Positions 50,463-60,404 of a stretch of DNA of 64,000 bases are shown piece by piece; within the stretch, counting starts at the first letter, position 1; each line of letters begins with the position of its first letter. The translations under genes were made by a program, and so were the position numbers. The DNA comes from an uncultured Nitrososphaerota archaeon (GTDB lineage Archaea > Thermoproteota > Nitrososphaeria > Nitrososphaerales > Nitrosopumilaceae). Under the pieces are notes generated by a model. That model worked only from the letters and a program-made list of their open reading frames with translations. It was not told where the DNA came from and did no database searches. The stretch spans positions 1,696,001 to 1,760,000 of the forward strand of contig OY969559.1 in assembly GCA_963701075.1 (NCBI GenBank). The letters run 5' to 3'.

Positions 50463-52979
50463 TCAAAGCGCAAAGTATTCAGCTTCTGGATGGTGTACAA
50501 CGATGGCAGCAGTTGATTGTTCTGGGATTATCTGTCCTGATTCTGTTAGTGTCATGCCTGATTTTTCAGGCTCTAGCAGTTTCCAAACAATATAGTGTTG
50601 CGACACATCTGGACAGTCTGGATAGCCCCAGCTATATCGCAATCCACGTTTTCCTTCTATCTTTAGCTCATCTTTTATTTTTTGGTTTATCCATGCAGCC
50701 ATTGCTTCTGCTGTTTCAACAGCAAGGCCATGTAGATAATATGCATCAGTGTACTTGTCTTCTTTGTTCCATTGTTCTATTATCTCAGAGACCTTGGTTC
50801 CAACGGTTACTGCCTGAAAAGCCACAACATCGTCCTGCCCAAAATAATCAGCAAGGCACAGATGTTTTGCACGAGACGAGCGAGGAAATTCAAACACAAG
50901 TTTTTCGCCGTTTGGATGGTCTACAGTTAGGTTTCCATCTTTTCCGTGACACTTGAAATATCCATATACTGCTCTTGGTTCAAACAATTTTTCTGCAATA
51001 ATTTTTTTCTTCCATTCTTCAAAAAGTGTTTCATGTTCTGCCTCTGACTCTTTGGCAGACTTGCCTCTCAGGCCCCAAGATAACACAAAGAGTGATTTCT
51101 TGTCAAGATACCTCCATACTTCATTTAGGTCTATATCTTTTGGCTCAAATCTTATCGTTTTATTGATATGAGGTGGAACCGGAGGAGTGACGGGTTTTAT
51201 CTCGCTGTGCTCTATTTCCTGTCCTTGGGGTTTTTCAACTACGGTCTCAGTCCATTTCTCAATTCTTTGCTGCCACTGCTCTACAAACTTTGATCTTTCT
51301 TGCGATACAAGCGTATCCATAGTCTTGAGGCCGTCAAACATTGTTTTGCAGTAAAACACTCCTGGCTTGTATATGCCGCCGTCTTTTGCAACACGGTTTA
51401 TGTAGTTGCTGTTAATTGCAGCCCCCCCACACAGCACTGGAATCTGCATATTGTTTTTTCTTGCATGCTCGACAAAAAACTGCATCTGCTTGGATGTTGA
51501 TACCAAGAGTGCTGACAGTCCTATCGCATCTGCCTTTACCTCCTCAATCTTTTCAAGAAACTTTTGCATCGGAACCTGTTTTCCTAGATCATATACAGTG
51601 TATCCATTGTTCTCAAAAATTGTCTTGACCAGATTCTTTCCAATATCATGAACGTCGCCATAAACTGTGCCCAGGACAAGTTTTCCTTTGGTGCTTCCCT
51701 TCTCCTTTAGAAGATATTTTTCAAGTTCTGCTACTGCAGCCTTCATGCATTCTGCAGATTTTAATACAAATGGCAAGATGAGCTCTCCTGCCCCAAACTT
51801 GTCGCCCACCTCCTTCATTGCAGGTAATAGATCGTCATTTAGTGTCTTGATTGCAGCTGGATGTGTAACCTCTTTTGGAGCATCAATGACCATTGCTCCT
51901 TCCTTCTCTGAGATGCCATGTTCACCCGAAATCTTTTCGTATATTGCACTTACCACGTCCTTTTCTATGCCGTCACGAATCCTGTTTACAATCCTAAAGT
52001 TGGAGCGTTTGCCTGCAGGCCATGATGGATCTACCTCAACTTTCTTTGCGGCAAGCTGTGCCGTGCCCTTTGTTGTCTCAAAATATGCGATAAACTCTGC
52101 AAGGGCATTTGGGTGCTTGTTAAATATTAGATCCTCTGCAAGGTGCCTTTCCTTCTCGTCTATTTCCGTATATGGAATCACGTCTTTTGGGTTTATTATT
52201 ACAGTATCAAGGCCTACTTTTACGGCATGATACAAAAATACAGCATTTAGTATCTTTCTTGCCCTTGGAGACAAGCCAAAGCTTATGTTGCTTAACCCAA
52301 GTGTTGTAAACGAATTTGGAAATCTTTTCTTGACTAGGCTGATTCCCTCTAGAGTATTTTTTCCGGCATCAAGAAATTCTGCCTCACCGGTAGCTAGCGT
52401 AAAAGTAAGAACGTCGAAAATAAAGTGTTGCTCTTGCAGTCCATATTTTTTTCCTGTTTCAATAAGAAGTTCTGCTGTTTCAAGTTTCTCCTGTGGAGTC
52501 TTTGCCATACCTTTAGGTCCAATGCACATGGCAATTGCTGGAACGCCATATTGGACCATCAGAGGAGCTAGCGAATGAAACCTACTTCCATCGCCTTCAA
52601 GATTAATCGAGTTAATGATTGGTTTTCCAGGAATCTGTTCCAGTGCAGCTGCTACAACCTTGGGCTCGGTAGAATCTATCACAAGTGGAGCCTCGATTTC
52701 AAGGCTGAGTGACTTGACAAGTTTTTTCATAAACTCTAGTTCGTCTGAGCGCTCCGTTGTGGCAACGCATACATCAAGACAGTGCGCTCCATCATCTACT
52801 TGGTCTCTTGCAATTTTTACCAATTCTTCAAAATTGCCATTTAGGACACATTCCTTGGCCTTTTTCGATCCTTGCGCGTTGAGTCTCTCCCCTATAATCA
52901 TGGGGGCTGGGTCTTGCCTTAGCTCTACTGCTTTTAGTGCAGAACTTACTCTAGGATCTTTCATTGTAGTCATTCTCAA
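50463..52979 (-). CDS. metH: B12-dependent methionine synthase: pterin-binding, cobalamin-binding and activation domains
   Basis: IIGERLN..GS, INSINLE, GDVHDIGKNLV, SALL, GGAA, RYSWGYPDCPD. Confidence 0.93.
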   Translation of the reverse strand: MRMTTMKDPRVSSALKAVELRQDPAPMIIGERLNAQGSKKAKECVLNGNFEELVKIARDQVDDGAHCLDVCVATTERSDELEFMKKLVKSLSLEIEAPLVIDSTEPKVVAAALEQIPGKPIINSINLEGDGSRFHSLAPLMVQYGVPAIAMCIGPKGMAKTPQEKLETAELLIETGKKYGLQEQHFIFDVLTFTLATGEAEFLDAGKNTLEGISLVKKRFPNSFTTLGLSNISFGLSPRARKILNAVFLYHAVKVGLDTVIINPKDVIPYTEIDEKERHLAEDLIFNKHPNALAEFIAYFETTKGTAQLAAKKVEVDPSWPAGKRSNFRIVNRIRDGIEKDVVSAIYEKISGEHGISEKEGAMVIDAPKEVTHPAAIKTLNDDLLPAMKEVGDKFGAGELILPFVLKSAECMKAAVAELEKYLLKEKGSTKGKLVLGTVYGDVHDIGKNLVKTIFENNGYTVYDLGKQVPMQKFLEKIEEVKADAIGLSALLVSTSKQMQFFVEHARKNNMQIPVLCGGAAINSNYINRVAKDGGIYKPGVFYCKTMFDGLKTMDTLVSQERSKFVEQWQQRIEKWTETVVEKPQGQEIEHSEIKPVTPPVPPHINKTIRFEPKDIDLNEVWRYLDKKSLFVLSWGLRGKSAKESEAEHETLFEEWKKKIIAEKLFEPRAVYGYFKCHGKDGNLTVDHPNGEKLVFEFPRSSRAKHLCLADYFGQDDVVAFQAVTVGTKVSEIIEQWNKEDKYTDAYYLHGLAVETAEAMAAWINQKIKDELKIEGKRGLRYSWGYPDCPDVSQHYIVWKLLEPEKSGMTLTESGQIIPEQSTAAIVVHHPEAEYFAL

Positions 52980-52996
52980 TTGCTTTTTCTAAATAC

Positions 52997-53959
52997 CTAG
53001 CGCTTATTTTCTGATTGCTTTTCATCAATTATTTTTCTTAAGAGTGCTATATGTTCAGTATTGGTGCCACAGCAGCCACCTATTATTCTGACTCGGTCAT
53101 ATTGAGACAGGAAATCTCTCATTACTTTGGCCATGTCTTGGGGCGTCATCTTGTAGACTGCTCTTCCTCCTTGGTTTTCCGGCATTCCGGCATTTGGCAC
53201 AACAAGTAGCGGTAGATCGTTTTGTTCATTTAGCCATTGTATGCTGGGGGTCATCTCAACAGGACCGGTGGAACAGTTGAGCCCAAATGCGCCTATTCCC
53301 ATATCAGATACTGTAGTATATGCTGCCTGAATATTTGTTCCAAGCAACATCTTGCCATACTTGTCTAGTGTCACATTTGCAATGATTGGAACTTTCTTTC
53401 CTGTCTTTTTCATTGCATCGTGACATGCCTCTATTGCCATCTTTACTTCCAAAATGTCTTGGCTTGTCTCAATTAGCAATGCGTCCACTCCACCCAAGAT
53501 GAGTCCCTCTGCTTGGATCTCAAATGCTTCCCTTATCTTTTCAAGTGGAATTTGTCCAAGTGACGGATCGTTTGAGCTTGGCAAAAATCCAGTCGGTCCC
53601 ATTGAACCAACTACATATCTTGGCCTATCAGAAAACTCTTTTGTGATATCAACTGCAAGCTCGGCAATTTTTTTGTTAAACTCTAATGTTTTATCTCCAT
53701 AACCATATTCCTCAAGCTTTAGCTTGTTTGAGCCAAAAGTGTTAGTCTCGATACAGTCTGCACCTGCCTTGAGATAATTTCTGTGTATATTTTTTATCCA
53801 TTCAGGTCTTGTAAAAGACAGGCCATCATTGAAGCCGTCCTTGCCGTCTGGAAAATCTTCTGGGACAGGATTTAATTTTTGAATCTCAGTTCCCATGGCT
53901 CCATCAAAGAGCACTATCTTTTGCTTCATCAATTCAACTAGAGGAATTTTTGCTGTCAA
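52997..53959 (-). CDS. metH: Homocysteine S-methyltransferase domain of the split MetH
   Basis: DGAMGT, ETNTF, GLNCSTGP, PNAG.P, GGCCGT. Confidence 0.92.
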   Translation of the reverse strand: MTAKIPLVELMKQKIVLFDGAMGTEIQKLNPVPEDFPDGKDGFNDGLSFTRPEWIKNIHRNYLKAGADCIETNTFGSNKLKLEEYGYGDKTLEFNKKIAELAVDITKEFSDRPRYVVGSMGPTGFLPSSNDPSLGQIPLEKIREAFEIQAEGLILGGVDALLIETSQDILEVKMAIEACHDAMKKTGKKVPIIANVTLDKYGKMLLGTNIQAAYTTVSDMGIGAFGLNCSTGPVEMTPSIQWLNEQNDLPLLVVPNAGMPENQGGRAVYKMTPQDMAKVMRDFLSQYDRVRIIGGCCGTNTEHIALLRKIIDEKQSENKR

Positions 53960-54058
53960 CAGTAAGTGATGCTGTGTTTCAATGTATTAATTTTCTTTTG
54001 TTTTGTCACCTGTTAACTGCCTTCAAAGGTTATAATCAAGTAGCCGTGACACTCTTTT

Positions 54059-54811
54059 ATGACGATAATTTACGAGTTAAACCCGCCAAAGGTAATACAG
54101 GGCAAGATACTTTCTCACAGCGAGTTACAAGAATCTGTTGACAAGTTCAAATCAAAATCAGTTGAGATAGGAAAGGTCTGCGATAGCATACATGTGACAG
54201 ATTCTGTCCTTGGCATCCCAAGGATATCCCCTATAACGGCAGGATTTTTCATAAAAAATTCCAATGGCAAGATAAAGATCTCTGCAAGCGTTAGAGTACG
54301 AGACAGAAACTATACCTCCATCACACAAACCGTCTGCGATGCAATACTCTTGAACCTGAACGGTGTACTGATGGTCAAGGGAGACCCGCCACCCACAGGC
54401 CCAAAAGATTCCAGGCTTGTCCCAAGTGAAGTTGTAAAACAATTCAATGAGCAGGGTTTTGGAGAAAAAATTGACCTTTATCTCTCAATCTCAGGCAATC
54501 CCAACTTTGACAAGATTCACAAAAAAATAGAGGCTCAGCCAAAGGGGTTTGTCACACAGGTCATAAGTTCCATTGATCAGGTAACAAGAATAGTGGACAA
54601 GCTAAAGCCGCAAGGATTTAGGATAATACCATGTGTACTGCTCGCGTCAGAGCTTAACCAAAAATCTGCACAGATGCTCAACCTTGACTGGTCAGGATAC
54701 AGTAAAGACACGGCAGGATTTGTAAAAGAGGTTCACAAAATTGCAGGCGATGTGCTTTTGAGCTCTCCAAATGATTTCAAGGGAGCGCTTGAAGTGCTAA
54801 ACAAGATTTAA
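54059..54811 (+). CDS. Methylenetetrahydrofolate reductase-like protein
   Basis: E..PPK, TD...G.PR, R.RDRN, GD.P, F.TQ; divergent from metH. Confidence 0.7.
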   Translation: MTIIYELNPPKVIQGKILSHSELQESVDKFKSKSVEIGKVCDSIHVTDSVLGIPRISPITAGFFIKNSNGKIKISASVRVRDRNYTSITQTVCDAILLNLNGVLMVKGDPPPTGPKDSRLVPSEVVKQFNEQGFGEKIDLYLSISGNPNFDKIHKKIEAQPKGFVTQVISSIDQVTRIVDKLKPQGFRIIPCVLLASELNQKSAQMLNLDWSGYSKDTAGFVKEVHKIAGDVLLSSPNDFKGALEVLNKI

Positions 54812-54953
54812 GAAAAAACTATTGCTAAAATGTATTAATCTTGCCTTGAGCTCTTTTAATCTCACAAGACCGACAAGATCTGCAAAAGAAGCAGAAAATT
54901 GCCATTGCTAAGACATGTGTTCAAAGTCTAGGCCGATTTCTGCATAAGATTGG

Positions 54954-55031
54954 TTAGTTGCCGTTTCTTTTTCTAGTTCTTGCACCTTTTTTGCCTGCTG
55001 CTACATAAGATGCATGTGATCGTTTTTTCAT
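54954..55031 (-). CDS. Putative 25-aa basic peptide
   Basis: MKKRSHASYVAAGKKGARTRKRNGN; tataat about 25 nt upstream. Confidence 0.4.
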   Translation of the reverse strand: MKKRSHASYVAAGKKGARTRKRNGN

Positions 55032-55163
55032 ACTGAAATTAGGGGGAACAGAGTCATTATAGGGAGATAGTCACCATTAGTTGCTTTGTTAATAGAGTTT
55101 TTTAAACTGGAAAGAGATGATGCAAGAAAAAGAAAAACTTCATTATGGATTTTTTTTATGAAG

Positions 55164-56249
55164 TCAACCTGCTGAGGGCATAGTAGTTTCTGGTATGGTG
55201 GGCAATTTCTTTTCTTCAAGAACCTGATTTAGTATACTAAGATCAAAAATGTTGCCAAGGTCTGGTTTTTCGTTGCCTAAAAATCCCAAGTCATAGGCAG
55301 CATTGGCAGACTGATAAAGTGAACTTTCCACCGGATCGTATGTAATATCCATCCTTGAAAAGGCCTCATCTAGCTCATCAACAGGAAATGTCTTTCCAGT
55401 CAGGTTTCCTCACTGCTCGTTGAATATTGTAATTGCTTGGTCTTTGTTGCTGTTAATCCACAAGGTCTCATTTACGTGAGCTTCCAGTAGTTTTTTTATA
55501 ATATCAGGATGGTTTTGCAGATAGTCGGTTCTTGCAACAATCAGTGCAGTTGCAAATTTCCCGTTTGGCCACAAGTCTCTCTCATCGACAAGAATCTTGC
55601 CATTGGCTTCGTGCTCCAATTTGGTTCCCCATGGTTCTGGCACCCATGCACCATCAATGTTGTTTTTTAGCATCATGGCAAAAACATCGGCATTGTCTGC
55701 ATTTATGATCTGCACATTTCCCCCATTGTCTGACGTCTTGTATCCATTTTTGAGCAAAAATGATCGTAGCGCAACATCTTGTGTGTTTCCAAGTTGTGGT
55801 GACGCAAATTTTTTCCCTCCTAGATCAGCAGTAGAGTTTATTCCATCATCGTTTCTTACCACAAAGACGACTCCTCCGCTTGCCGCACCTGCAATTATTC
55901 GAAGCCCCTGGCCGTCTGACTTTATGTATCCATTGATGGCAGGATTTGGTCCAACATATGCAACATCAATCCTGTTTGCAAAGAGCGCTTCTATTGCAGA
56001 AGGACCTGAATTGAAGACCTGGGTCTGCACCTGTACTCCTGCAAGCTCCTTTTGATAGTCCCCATCTCCTAGCCCTATTACTGCCTGCGCGTGACTGATG
56101 TTTGGAAAGTATCCAATTCTTAGGATATTAGTTGAAGAGTTTGTTGCCATGTGATGAGTTTCACTAGTTTCCGGTATTGAGATAAAGCTCACAGCAATTA
56201 CAGCTGCAACTATTGCACCTGCGATTCCAAACTTTACCATTGGATTCAT
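55164..56249 (-). CDS. Sulfonate/nitrate-type ABC transporter substrate-binding protein (SsuA-like) with in-frame TGA at 55410-55412
   Basis: LRIGYFPN..HA, F..GP...EAL, PQLGNTQDVALR, WVPEPW; frame continues past TGA into GNLTGK...DITYDP. Confidence 0.85.
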
Positions 56250-56306
56250 AGGATAAGCGACCTCAAAGAAATTCCAATATGACCGAGTTCAGATATGAAA
56301 GTCATT

Positions 56307-57107
56307 TCAACGGTGATTGTCAAGTCCCCACTTTCTTCGTATCTTTTCTTCAATCGTGTTTAACAAAAATCTGTCAATTATCAAGCCTATGGTAAATATT
56401 GTAATCATGCTGGCAATTACTTCACTCATATCCAAAAAGTCCCTGCCTACTGAAAGAATGTGCCCTAACCCTACAATTGACATGAGTATTTCTGCTCCAA
56501 TTATTGCGTGCCACGCAAATGACCACCCCTGTCTTAATCCAATTATCAGAGATGGTGTAGCTGCAGGTATTGTGACATGTCTGAACAAGCCAAATCCCTT
56601 TGCACCCATGTTTTTTGCAGCATCAATATAGATTGGAGGTATGTTTCTGATGCTGCTATAAGTCGATATCATTACGGAAAAAATTGAGCTCATTATTACC
56701 ACAAACAGGATGCCAAAATCGTTAAAGCCTATCAACAGGATCGAGAATGGCACCCATGCAATGCTTGGAAACGCCAAGAGCCCTGCTGAGAAGGAACTCA
56801 GTGTTCTGCCAAATCCCTTGAATCTTATCATTGCAAATCCTATGAACGTGCCAAGAATTATCGAGATTGAAAATCCTGCAACAAGTCTTCCCATTGTTAC
56901 TGCAATACTGATTGGCAAAGACATGTTCAGTATTAGCTTGGCAAACGAGCCTGCAACCATGATAGGAGACGGCAGAGAGATCTTGGGAAATATTCCTAGT
57001 ACAAATACAAGCTGCCACACACCAACAAAGATTGCCAAAAGCAGAACTGCGTTTCCGGCATCATGCAAACTTTGCAGTTTTTTTTCAGAGATTGCTTTTT
57101 CACTCAT
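56307..57107 (-). CDS. ABC transporter permease (SsuC/TauC-like)
   Basis: LPSP, PSIAWVP, AA.NMGA loop, W..IIGAE. Confidence 0.9.
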   Translation of the reverse strand: MSEKAISEKKLQSLHDAGNAVLLLAIFVGVWQLVFVLGIFPKISLPSPIMVAGSFAKLILNMSLPISIAVTMGRLVAGFSISIILGTFIGFAMIRFKGFGRTLSSFSAGLLAFPSIAWVPFSILLIGFNDFGILFVVIMSSIFSVMISTYSSIRNIPPIYIDAAKNMGAKGFGLFRHVTIPAATPSLIIGLRQGWSFAWHAIIGAEILMSIVGLGHILSVGRDFLDMSEVIASMITIFTIGLIIDRFLLNTIEEKIRRKWGLDNHR

Positions 57108-57880
57108 GGGTTCTCATCTTTTATTTGCGCAATCACTTCATTTTTGAGCTCTTCTACTATCTGATGATAATATTTTTGTAGATTTTCATCTTCCATGAGC
57201 CGGGGTCTGCGGTAATCAATTGTAATCTCTTTTTTTATTTTCGAGGGCCTGTTTTTGAAAACAATTACACGGTTTCCCAGTATAACAGACTCTGAAATGT
57301 TATGGGTCACAAAAATAATTGTCTTTTTTGTCTTCTCCCAAATGAGCTGAAGCTCTACAAGCAACAAGTCGCGAGTCTGAGAATCAAGAGCAGCAAACGG
57401 CTCATCCATCAGCAAAATTTCCGGGTCCATTGCAAGTGCTCTTGCAATTGCAACTCTTTGCTTCATTCCAGTTGATAGTTGGTATGTATACGAGTCTGCA
57501 AACTTTGTTAGCTGCATCATGTCCAAGTATCGCTGAGATATCTGTCTGCGCTCATCTTTTGGGATGCCTGCCATCTTTAGTCCAAACTCTACGTTATCAA
57601 TCACCTTGAGCCATGGAAAGAGTGCACCTTCTTGGAATACCATGGTCCTGTCAGGACCTGGAGTAGAGATTGGAATTCCATTGAGCAGGATCTCCCCCGA
57701 GTCTGGCTTTTCCAGGCCAGCTACAATATTTAGAAACGTAGACTTGCCACATCCGGAAGGGCCCACTATACATACAAAGTCTCCTTCCTGCACATCCAAG
57801 TTTATCCCACCTAGGGCAATCACAGAAGTACCGTTATGATCAAAGTGCTTTACAATATTTTTTGCCTGAAGTTTTGTCAT
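57104..57880 (-). CDS. ABC transporter ATP-binding protein (SsuB/TauB-like)
   Basis: GPSGCGKST, LSTGMKQR, LLMDEPF.ALD, FVTH. Confidence 0.93.
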   Translation of the reverse strand: MTKLQAKNIVKHFDHNGTSVIALGGINLDVQEGDFVCIVGPSGCGKSTFLNIVAGLEKPDSGEILLNGIPISTPGPDRTMVFQEGALFPWLKVIDNVEFGLKMAGIPKDERRQISQRYLDMMQLTKFADSYTYQLSTGMKQRVAIARALAMDPEILLMDEPFAALDSQTRDLLLVELQLIWEKTKKTIIFVTHNISESVILGNRVIVFKNRPSKIKKEITIDYRRPRLMEDENLQKYYHQIVEELKNEVIAQIKDENP

Positions 57881-57951
57881 TTGTTATAACCTCCCCTCCA
57901 ATCTTTGCGATACCAGACGCTGTAAGGTGCCCGCAAAGGGGTAATTTTCAT
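57877..57951 (-). CDS. Putative leader peptide (24 aa) overlapping the ABC ATPase start (ATGA)
   Basis: MKITPLRAPYSVWYRKDWRGGYNK*; TATA about 25 nt upstream; contains the SD GGAGGT. Confidence 0.5.
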   Translation of the reverse strand: MKITPLRAPYSVWYRKDWRGGYNK

Positions 57952-57965
57952 ATAACAGCGTTATA
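57951..57965. promoter_or_regulatory. 15-bp palindromic operator candidate
   Basis: TATAAC-agc-GTTATA lies between the TATA box (about 57975-57980) and the leader ATG. Confidence 0.5.
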
Positions 57966-58120
57966 ATATTGCGGTTAAATAGTGTTCGAATTTTAGCTTG
58001 GACTAATTTGGTTTGTCTCATGAATTAGAAAAATAATTTACAACTTTTTGCCAAGATAAAACAAGACCGGATTGAGGATCATAAAAGATAAATGCTAAAA
58101 TCTGATCACAGAAAACCTCA

Positions 58121-59308
58121 ATGAAAGGAAAAGCGGTTTTAGCTTTCTCTGGCGGATTGGACACATCCGTCGTCGTAAAATATCTACAAGAAAAACACGG
58201 GCTAGATGTTGTTACCATTACAGTTGATGTCGGACAAGGCGACGATCTAAAAAAGATTGCAGCCAAGGCAAAAAAACTTGGAGTGATAAGACACTATAAC
58301 ATTGATGCAAGAAGCGAATTTGTAAATGACTTTATTTTACCAGCAATCAAGGCAAACGCGCTATATCAAAAAAAGTATTGTCTTGCAACTGCGCTTGCAC
58401 GACCACTCATTGCACAAAAAGTTGTAGAGATTGCCAAAAAAGAAAATGCATCTGCTCTGGCTCATGGATGCACTGGAAAAGGAAACGACCAGGTGCGATT
58501 TGATGTCACCATGCGATCAGGCTCTACTCTGCCAATCATAGCTCCCATCAGAGATCTCAACCTTACTCGCGATATAGAATTAAAATTTGCAAAAAAGCAC
58601 GGAATACAGATTGATACTGCAGCAAAAAGGTTCAGCATAGACCAAAACTTGTGGGGACGCGCAATTGAGGGCGGAGATTTGGAAGATGCATATGCAGAGC
58701 CACCAGATGACGCATTCATCTGGGTCAAGACAAAGAACATGCCAGACAAACCACAGTACCTGGAAGTCAAGTTCAGCCAGGGAGTGCCGGTTGCAGTAGA
58801 TGGCAAAAGCCTAAAACCAATTGAATTGATCGAGTACGTCAACAAAAAGGCCGGAGCATCAGGTGTTGGCATAGTGGATCATATCGAAGACAGAGTTGTT
58901 GGAATAAAATCTCGTGAAGTATATGAAACTCCGGCTGCTTTATGCCTAATTGAGGCGCATACAGATCTAGAAAAAATGGTTCTCACAAAACACGAATTAA
59001 AATTCAAAGCAATGGTTGATTCTGAATGGTCATGGTTGGCATATTCTGGACTCTGGCAAGATCCTCTCAAAGTAGATTTAGATATGTTTATCAATGCGTC
59101 ACAAAAAAGGGTTAGCGGAACTGTAAAGCTCAAAATGTTCAAAGGAAGTCTTAGAGTTGTTGGGAGAAAATCAGATTATTCATTGTATAGTCATGACTTG
59201 GCAACATATGGTTCAGGTTCCACTTTTGACCAGACTCTTGCAAAAGGGTTTGTAGAATTGTGGGGACTACAATCAACAGAAGCTAATAAATTACTAAAAA
59301 AGAGGTGA
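58121..59308 (+). CDS. argG: Argininosuccinate synthase
   Basis: LAFSGGLDTS, HGCTGKGNDQVRF, SIDQNLWGR, EDR.VGIKSREVYE.P. Confidence 0.96.
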   Translation: MKGKAVLAFSGGLDTSVVVKYLQEKHGLDVVTITVDVGQGDDLKKIAAKAKKLGVIRHYNIDARSEFVNDFILPAIKANALYQKKYCLATALARPLIAQKVVEIAKKENASALAHGCTGKGNDQVRFDVTMRSGSTLPIIAPIRDLNLTRDIELKFAKKHGIQIDTAAKRFSIDQNLWGRAIEGGDLEDAYAEPPDDAFIWVKTKNMPDKPQYLEVKFSQGVPVAVDGKSLKPIELIEYVNKKAGASGVGIVDHIEDRVVGIKSREVYETPAALCLIEAHTDLEKMVLTKHELKFKAMVDSEWSWLAYSGLWQDPLKVDLDMFINASQKRVSGTVKLKMFKGSLRVVGRKSDYSLYSHDLATYGSGSTFDQTLAKGFVELWGLQSTEANKLLKKR

Positions 59309-59319
59309 ATGATCAAAGA

Positions 59320-59487
59320 ATGAATTGCCCAGAATGTGATGCAAATTTAAAAATTCCAGACGACGCAAGTGTTGGAGAAATAGTATCTTGTCCTGATTGC
59401 GGTGCAGATTTCGAGATTGCTTCAAAGAACGGTAGCGTGTGCGAACTAAAGCATGCTGAAAAAGTCGGCGAAGATTGGGGAGAGTAA
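59320..59487 (+). CDS. lysW: Amino-group carrier protein LysW
   Basis: CPEC...CPDCG zinc ribbon and C-terminal EDWGE; SD gaggtga upstream. Confidence 0.95.
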   Translation: MNCPECDANLKIPDDASVGEIVSCPDCGADFEIASKNGSVCELKHAEKVGEDWGE

Positions 59488-60345
59488 ATGCCCAAGGTCC
59501 GTATCGTGTTCGATAGAGTAAGGCTAGAGGAAAAAATGCTAGAGGAAAAAGCAATCGAGCTTGGATATGATACAAAAATGATTGATGCAAAGATAACAAA
59601 TGTCAGTACAGAAAGCAAGAAAACCGATTTTGATTTTGGCGACGTAGTACTAGAAAGATGTGTCAGTTATTTTCGAGGCCTGCATTTTACAGCATGTCTA
59701 GAGTTTCTTGATGTTCCAGTATTCAACAGGTTAGAGGTTGCCAACAATTGTGGAAACAAGATGTTGACATCGCTTTTGTTAAAAAAACACAATGTTCCCA
59801 CTCCCAAGACCTACTTTTCATTTTCATCAGAATCTGCAGCAGAGATACTTGACAAGCATGGATATCCACTTGTCATAAAACCAATCATAGGAAGTTGGGG
59901 AAGGGGTGTCATACTGCTAAAGGACAAAGAGACAGCTGATGCCATTTTTGAGGTAAGAGAGCTAACCGATGGTCCACTTGACAGGATATTTTATCTGCAA
60001 GAGGCAATAAAGAGGCCCCCAAGAGACATACGCGCAATTGCTGTCGGAGATCAGGTAGTAGCGGCAATGTACCGAACCTCAACTGGAGGATTTAAGACAA
60101 ACATTGCTCTTGGCGCAGAGCCTGTGCCTTGTGAGATAACCAAAGAACTTGAAGATGTTTGCATGAAAGCATCAAAAGCAGTAGGTGGAGGAATTCTTGG
60201 AATTGACGTAATGGAAGATGAAAAAAGAGGATTTGTGGTTCACGAAGTCAACAACACTGTAGAGTTTAAGGGACTGGCAAAGGTTGCAAAACGCAACATC
60301 CCAAAAGAAATGATAGAGTATGCAGTTAATTCAGCTCTCAGATAA
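59488..60345 (+). CDS. LysW ligase of the LysX/ArgX (RimK ATP-grasp) family; probably ArgX from context
   Basis: R.EEK, KP..GSWGR, RDIR, TN.ALG, EVN...EF. Confidence 0.9.
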   Translation: MPKVRIVFDRVRLEEKMLEEKAIELGYDTKMIDAKITNVSTESKKTDFDFGDVVLERCVSYFRGLHFTACLEFLDVPVFNRLEVANNCGNKMLTSLLLKKHNVPTPKTYFSFSSESAAEILDKHGYPLVIKPIIGSWGRGVILLKDKETADAIFEVRELTDGPLDRIFYLQEAIKRPPRDIRAIAVGDQVVAAMYRTSTGGFKTNIALGAEPVPCEITKELEDVCMKASKAVGGGILGIDVMEDEKRGFVVHEVNNTVEFKGLAKVAKRNIPKEMIEYAVNSALR

Positions 60346-60404
60346 AATAGAATTTAGAAAATTTTAGAGTTTAAATTATACCATGTTATGCTAGGAGATC
60401 ACTT

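Noticed and set aside
55410-55412. Selenocysteine at the in-frame TGA
   Set aside because: The context predicts Leu rather than Cys, the protein is not a redox enzyme, and the site fits the AGCT error pattern.
57984-57998. Possible LysM box upstream of argG (gttcgaattttagct)
   Set aside because: Only one half-site matches and no phased partner boxes are evident.
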